This document shows, piece after piece, positions 16,861 to 19,883 of a stretch of 19,883 bases of DNA (position 1 is the first letter of the stretch; each line of letters opens with the position of its first letter). The notes beneath the pieces are model-generated. The model was given only the letters and a program-made list of their open reading frames with translations. It had not been told where the DNA came from and made no database searches. Source of the DNA: Candidatus Zixiibacteriota bacterium (GTDB taxonomy: Bacteria; Zixibacteria; MSB-5A5; UBA10806; 4484-95); the NCBI GenBank assembly GCA_029932605.1, contig JAOZPT010000048.1, positions 1-19,883 of the forward strand, written 5' to 3'. Position numbers and translations under genes: made by a program.

Positions 16861-17652
16861 GTGAGCAAAAATCTTGCTCTGAGGTTAGCTGTTGCTATTG
16901 TAGGTATCCCTGCCTTAATTTATATTAGTTATACCGGAGGGTATTTTCTTTTTACATTTTGCATTATATTAATAAGCCTGGGTAGTTATGAACTGGTTAT
17001 GATGTTCAAAAAAAAGGCTTATATGACCAGCTGGGCATTTTGTTTAATCATGCCGGTTTTATGTGTAGTTGCTGCCCATTTTGAATATCCTGTTTTGTAT
17101 GTTCTGGTATTATCCTTATTTATTTCAAGTTTGTTTGTAATAAAAGGTCGATCCATTGAGAGATTTTTTGACGATTTGTTCAGCCTGCTGTTGCCGGTGT
17201 TTTACCTGGGGGTGTTGTCCACTTTTATAATTTACCTTAGCGTTTTGCCCGACAACGGGGGTAAGCTGTTGGTTTATGTTTTCTTGATTGTCTGGGCAAC
17301 TGATACCGCCGCTTATTTCGGTGGCAAAACTTTTGGTAGAAAAAAACTGGCTCCACAACTTTCACCCAACAAAACACTGGAGGGGTTTTTTTGTGGTTTT
17401 ATCGGAGCGATAATAGCAGGGATATTCAGCCAATTGGTGTTTTTGAAAATCGGCTGGTTCAAGCTGTTTTTCATGGCTGTTCTGGCATGTTTATTCGGTC
17501 AGCTGGGAGACCTTCTGGAATCAGCGATCAAACGGCACTGTCAGGTGAAGGACTCATCATCGATAATTCCCGGCCATGGCGGTGTCCTTGACCGGTTCGA
17601 TTCATTCTTGTTCGCTGTGCCGGTTGTTTATTTTATCGCTATATATTTATAA
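16861..17652 (+). CDS. cdsA: Phosphatidate cytidylyltransferase
   Basis: VWATDTAAYFGG, SPNKTLEG, GDLLESAIKR..VKDSS.IIPGHGGVLDRFDS. Confidence 0.96.
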   Translation: MSKNLALRLAVAIVGIPALIYISYTGGYFLFTFCIILISLGSYELVMMFKKKAYMTSWAFCLIMPVLCVVAAHFEYPVLYVLVLSLFISSLFVIKGRSIERFFDDLFSLLLPVFYLGVLSTFIIYLSVLPDNGGKLLVYVFLIVWATDTAAYFGGKTFGRKKLAPQLSPNKTLEGFFCGFIGAIIAGIFSQLVFLKIGWFKLFFMAVLACLFGQLGDLLESAIKRHCQVKDSSSIIPGHGGVLDRFDSFLFAVPVVYFIAIYL

Positions 17653-17682
17653 AAAAATTACTTTTAGTAACGCACTTTGAAT

Positions 17683-18585
17683 ATGAAAATCATCAGAATA
17701 TTAGACCATATATTCGCTCTCAGGCCGATGCTTCAGATTCCAGTATGGACTATTATGATATTAGGTTATTATGGGTTTTCCGAAAGCGCCAGTATCGTAT
17801 TACTTCTGGCGTTGGTAATTGGAACCGGACTTGCCAGCGGCGTGTTTTTAATCAACCAGATTTACGACATCGAATCGGATAGAATAAACCAGAAAATACA
17901 TTTTTTACCCAAAGGCCTTGTTAAAATCTCAACCGCCTGGATGATGGCGATTTTGCTTTATTTGATGTCGCTTATACTTGCTTTTTGTCTTTCTGTTAAA
18001 GTGGGGTTTCTTGCGATAGTTATAGCCCTATTGGGTATTTTTTACTCAGCCCCTCCGATAGCCTTAAAAAACAGGGCATATGCTGCTGCTTTTATCAACG
18101 CTTTTGGTCATGGCAGTCTTATATTTGTGCTTGGATATTGTGCCGCCGGTGGAGGGATGCTTCAGGGGTTTTATATGTCACTGCCATATTTTTTCGCTGT
18201 GGGTGCGGTTTATATAGGCACAACCTTGCCCGATATCGAGGGTGATAAGAAAACCGGTAAAATTACTTTCGGCGTTATTTATGGTGAAAAGAAAAGTAAT
18301 ATTATAATGTTGTTGTGTTATATCATATCGTTGATAGCCGGTTTAATTGTCCGGGATGTTCCTTTTTTGGTGGCCTCTTTAGTTGTCAGCCCGTTTTATA
18401 TTTGGCTGGCGCTTACGGGAAAAATCAAAACTACGATTCTGGCTGTTAAATTGTCGATTGTTTCATTATCGTTTGTGGCAGCATACTTTTATCCGGTATA
18501 TATAGTTTTTTTAGTGGTTTTGATTTTAATTATGCGAGCTTATTATCGTCGCCGGTTTTGTTTCACTTATCCCTCGCTGAAATAA
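17683..18585 (+). CDS. UbiA-superfamily membrane prenyltransferase
   Basis: RP near the N-terminus, first Asp-rich motif NQIYDIESDRIN, YS.PP..LK, second motif DIEGDKKTG..T, multiple TM helices. Start ATG 17683 or TTG 17677. Confidence 0.85.
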   Translation: MKIIRILDHIFALRPMLQIPVWTIMILGYYGFSESASIVLLLALVIGTGLASGVFLINQIYDIESDRINQKIHFLPKGLVKISTAWMMAILLYLMSLILAFCLSVKVGFLAIVIALLGIFYSAPPIALKNRAYAAAFINAFGHGSLIFVLGYCAAGGGMLQGFYMSLPYFFAVGAVYIGTTLPDIEGDKKTGKITFGVIYGEKKSNIIMLLCYIISLIAGLIVRDVPFLVASLVVSPFYIWLALTGKIKTTILAVKLSIVSLSFVAAYFYPVYIVFLVVLILIMRAYYRRRFCFTYPSLK

Positions 18586-18618
18586 AAGTAATCTTTAAAA
18601 ATACCGAAAGTATAACTG

Positions 18619-19110
18619 ATGAGGAAAATAGCACTTATAGTTATAATTGCATTTTTTGTTGGTGGCTGTACATCCAGCCCACGGTATTTTAAGCAAAGGG
18701 TAACGCTTTCCAAAACCCAGCAGCAAAACATTAAGTATGTGGCGATGTCATATTTGGGAGTTCCATACAGGTATGGTGGGCAGAGTAAGAATGGTTTTGA
18801 TTGTTCCGGGTTGGTCTGTCATATCTATTATGAGGCCACAGGCATAAAGCTTCTACATTCAACTAAAGAACATTATAGATCAAGTGTTGAGATACCTCTA
18901 ACCGAGGCGCTCACCGGTGACCTTGTATTTTTTACAATCAACAGAAGTATTCCCGACCATGTCGGTTTGATGCTGAATAAAAAAGAGTTTATCCACGCCT
19001 CAAGCTCAAGAGGAGTTATAGTATCCAGTCTTGATGATAGATATTACAGAAAAAGACTATTTTCTGTTCGCCGATTGAAAAGAGATTTGATTTTATTATC
19101 CTCTAATTAA
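18619..19110 (+). CDS. NlpC/P60 (C40) family lipoprotein, peptidoglycan endopeptidase-like
   Basis: Lipoprotein-type signal ending VGGC; YLGVPYRYGG, GFDCSGLV, GDLVFF, HVGL, FIHASSSRGV (Cys-His-His triad). Confidence 0.93.
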   Translation: MRKIALIVIIAFFVGGCTSSPRYFKQRVTLSKTQQQNIKYVAMSYLGVPYRYGGQSKNGFDCSGLVCHIYYEATGIKLLHSTKEHYRSSVEIPLTEALTGDLVFFTINRSIPDHVGLMLNKKEFIHASSSRGVIVSSLDDRYYRKRLFSVRRLKRDLILLSSN

Positions 19111-19130
19111 AAATTATTTGATGTTTCATC

Positions 19131-19206
19131 GTGCCGGTCGGGTGGCTCAAAGAGTCATATAACCTCACCCGACTGTAATGTGTCAGGTCAGGCGACCTGA
19201 CACCAC
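19131..19206. repeat. Double-hairpin REP-like element (may also act as a terminator)
   Basis: GTCGGGTG/CACCCGAC (19137-19173) and perfect GTGTCAGGTC-aggc-GACCTGACAC (19180-19203), ending in CCAC (GTGG on the minus strand). Confidence 0.55.
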
Positions 19207-19531
19207 TGAAAATAAAAAAGGTAATATGTATCAACAGGTTGGCCAGCAGCTTTTAAGAGTTGCCTTGCCAACCAAATAGACTTCCTCTAATGACGAATAA
19301 CATAAATAATGAAAAAAATATTCTGTTCATACTATAGCAACCTCATTTTTGTTGTGCTGTGGAGTATTTTATTCTTACAAGTACTCCTTTTTGGGAACAA
19401 ATAGCAAGTATGTTCGTTTATTATAATGCACTGAATAACACTGTTTCATTACGAAACGAGAATTAAAGTTTAGCTCGTTTGATGTCGATATTCGAAATGG
19501 TGTATAGTGCGTGTGTTGATTGCGTTTTTCC

Positions 19532-19560
19532 TTGACAGGGTGGCTTTAAAAAGTTAAATT
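19532..19560 (+). promoter_or_regulatory. Upstream rrn promoter (P1-like)
   Basis: TTGACA-N17-TAAATT. Confidence 0.6.
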
Positions 19561-19622
19561 AATAATTGGGCTGGTAAGGGGATAATCCCTTAAAAGATTT
19601 TTGGAAATTCTGAATTTTTGTC

Positions 19623-19650
19623 TTGACAAACCATTTTTGGTTTGTATAAT
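19623..19650 (+). promoter_or_regulatory. Downstream rrn promoter (P2-like)
   Basis: Consensus TTGACA-N16-TATAAT; a 16-bp spacer is typical of rRNA promoters. Confidence 0.9.
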
Positions 19651-19703
19651 GATTGTTTGCCGGTTAGTTCTGGCGAGTTTTTTCGGGAGTTGGAAATTAC
19701 TGA

Positions 19704-19715
19704 GCTCTTTGAAAA
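19704..19715 (+). promoter_or_regulatory. rrn leader boxA antitermination element
   Basis: GCTCTTTGAAAA between the promoter and 16S. Confidence 0.85.
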
Positions 19716-19831
19716 CTGAATAGTGCGCACACAGCCACAAGATGGTGCGGGTCTGTGCTTTTAAGCACAGTCCTTAAGTTTAATTTGACGAACATCGCAT
19801 CTTTATTGATGTGTCGTTCATAGAGCTATTT

Positions 19832-19883
19832 TTTACGGAGAGTTTGATCCTGGCTCAGAACGAACGCTGGCGGCGTGCTTAAT
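19832..19883 (+). rRNA. rrs: 16S rRNA, 5' end (truncated by window)
   Basis: AGAGTTTGATCCTGGCTCAG (27F site) from 19839, followed by AACGAACGCTGGCGGCGTGCTTAA. Confidence 0.98.

Noticed and set aside
431..17591. Numerous minus-strand and alternate-frame ORFs (e.g. 431-874, 4606-5016, 7283-7885, 12889-13350, 13323-13772, 14349-14867)
   Set aside because: They are shadows of well-supported + strand genes and have no family motifs.
19309..19425. 38-codon ORF MKKIFCSYY... upstream of the rrn promoters
   Set aside because: No RBS, no recognisable motif, AT-rich context; cannot be supported.
19546..19740. 64-aa minus-strand ORF
   Set aside because: It lies antisense across the rrn promoter and boxA.
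1..19883. CRISPR array, tRNA, transposase or integrase
   Set aside because: No regularly spaced direct repeats, cloverleaf with T-loop motif, or recombinase/transposase ORF was seen.

Overview
AT-rich bacterial chromosomal segment in which every credible gene is on the + strand, ending in the first ~50 nt of a 16S rRNA gene. The rplM-rpsI-rpsB-tsf-pyrH-frr gene order and a Cys-flanked dockerin-like domain suggest an FCB-superphylum organism, possibly Zixibacteria (inference only). Order: 5'-truncated Ser/Thr/Asp-rich protein; small holin-like membrane protein and terminator; eukaryote-type citrate synthase; a two-gene secreted module (fibre-like protein with a C-terminal peptidase S74/intramolecular-chaperone domain, then a small dockerin-like protein); an inverted GTAG-type REP pair; pyrR-pyrB-pyrC behind a leader terminator; a polytopic membrane protein; yjbQ; a DUF4328-like gene framed like a decayed integron cassette; mtnA; rplM-rpsI, S2 leader RNA, rpsB-tsf-pyrH-frr-uppS-cdsA; a UbiA-family prenyltransferase; an NlpC/P60 lipoprotein; tandem rrn promoters, boxA and 16S. 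Best leads: (1) the S74-fibre plus dockerin-partner module, whose autocleavage motif looks broken; (2) the solitary integron-cassette-like gene with an eroded attC; (3) a PyrR with altered RNA-binding residues behind a leader lacking the canonical PyrR loop; (4) a UbiA gene where dxr usually follows uppS-cdsA. All family calls come from motif recognition by eye; no searches were run.
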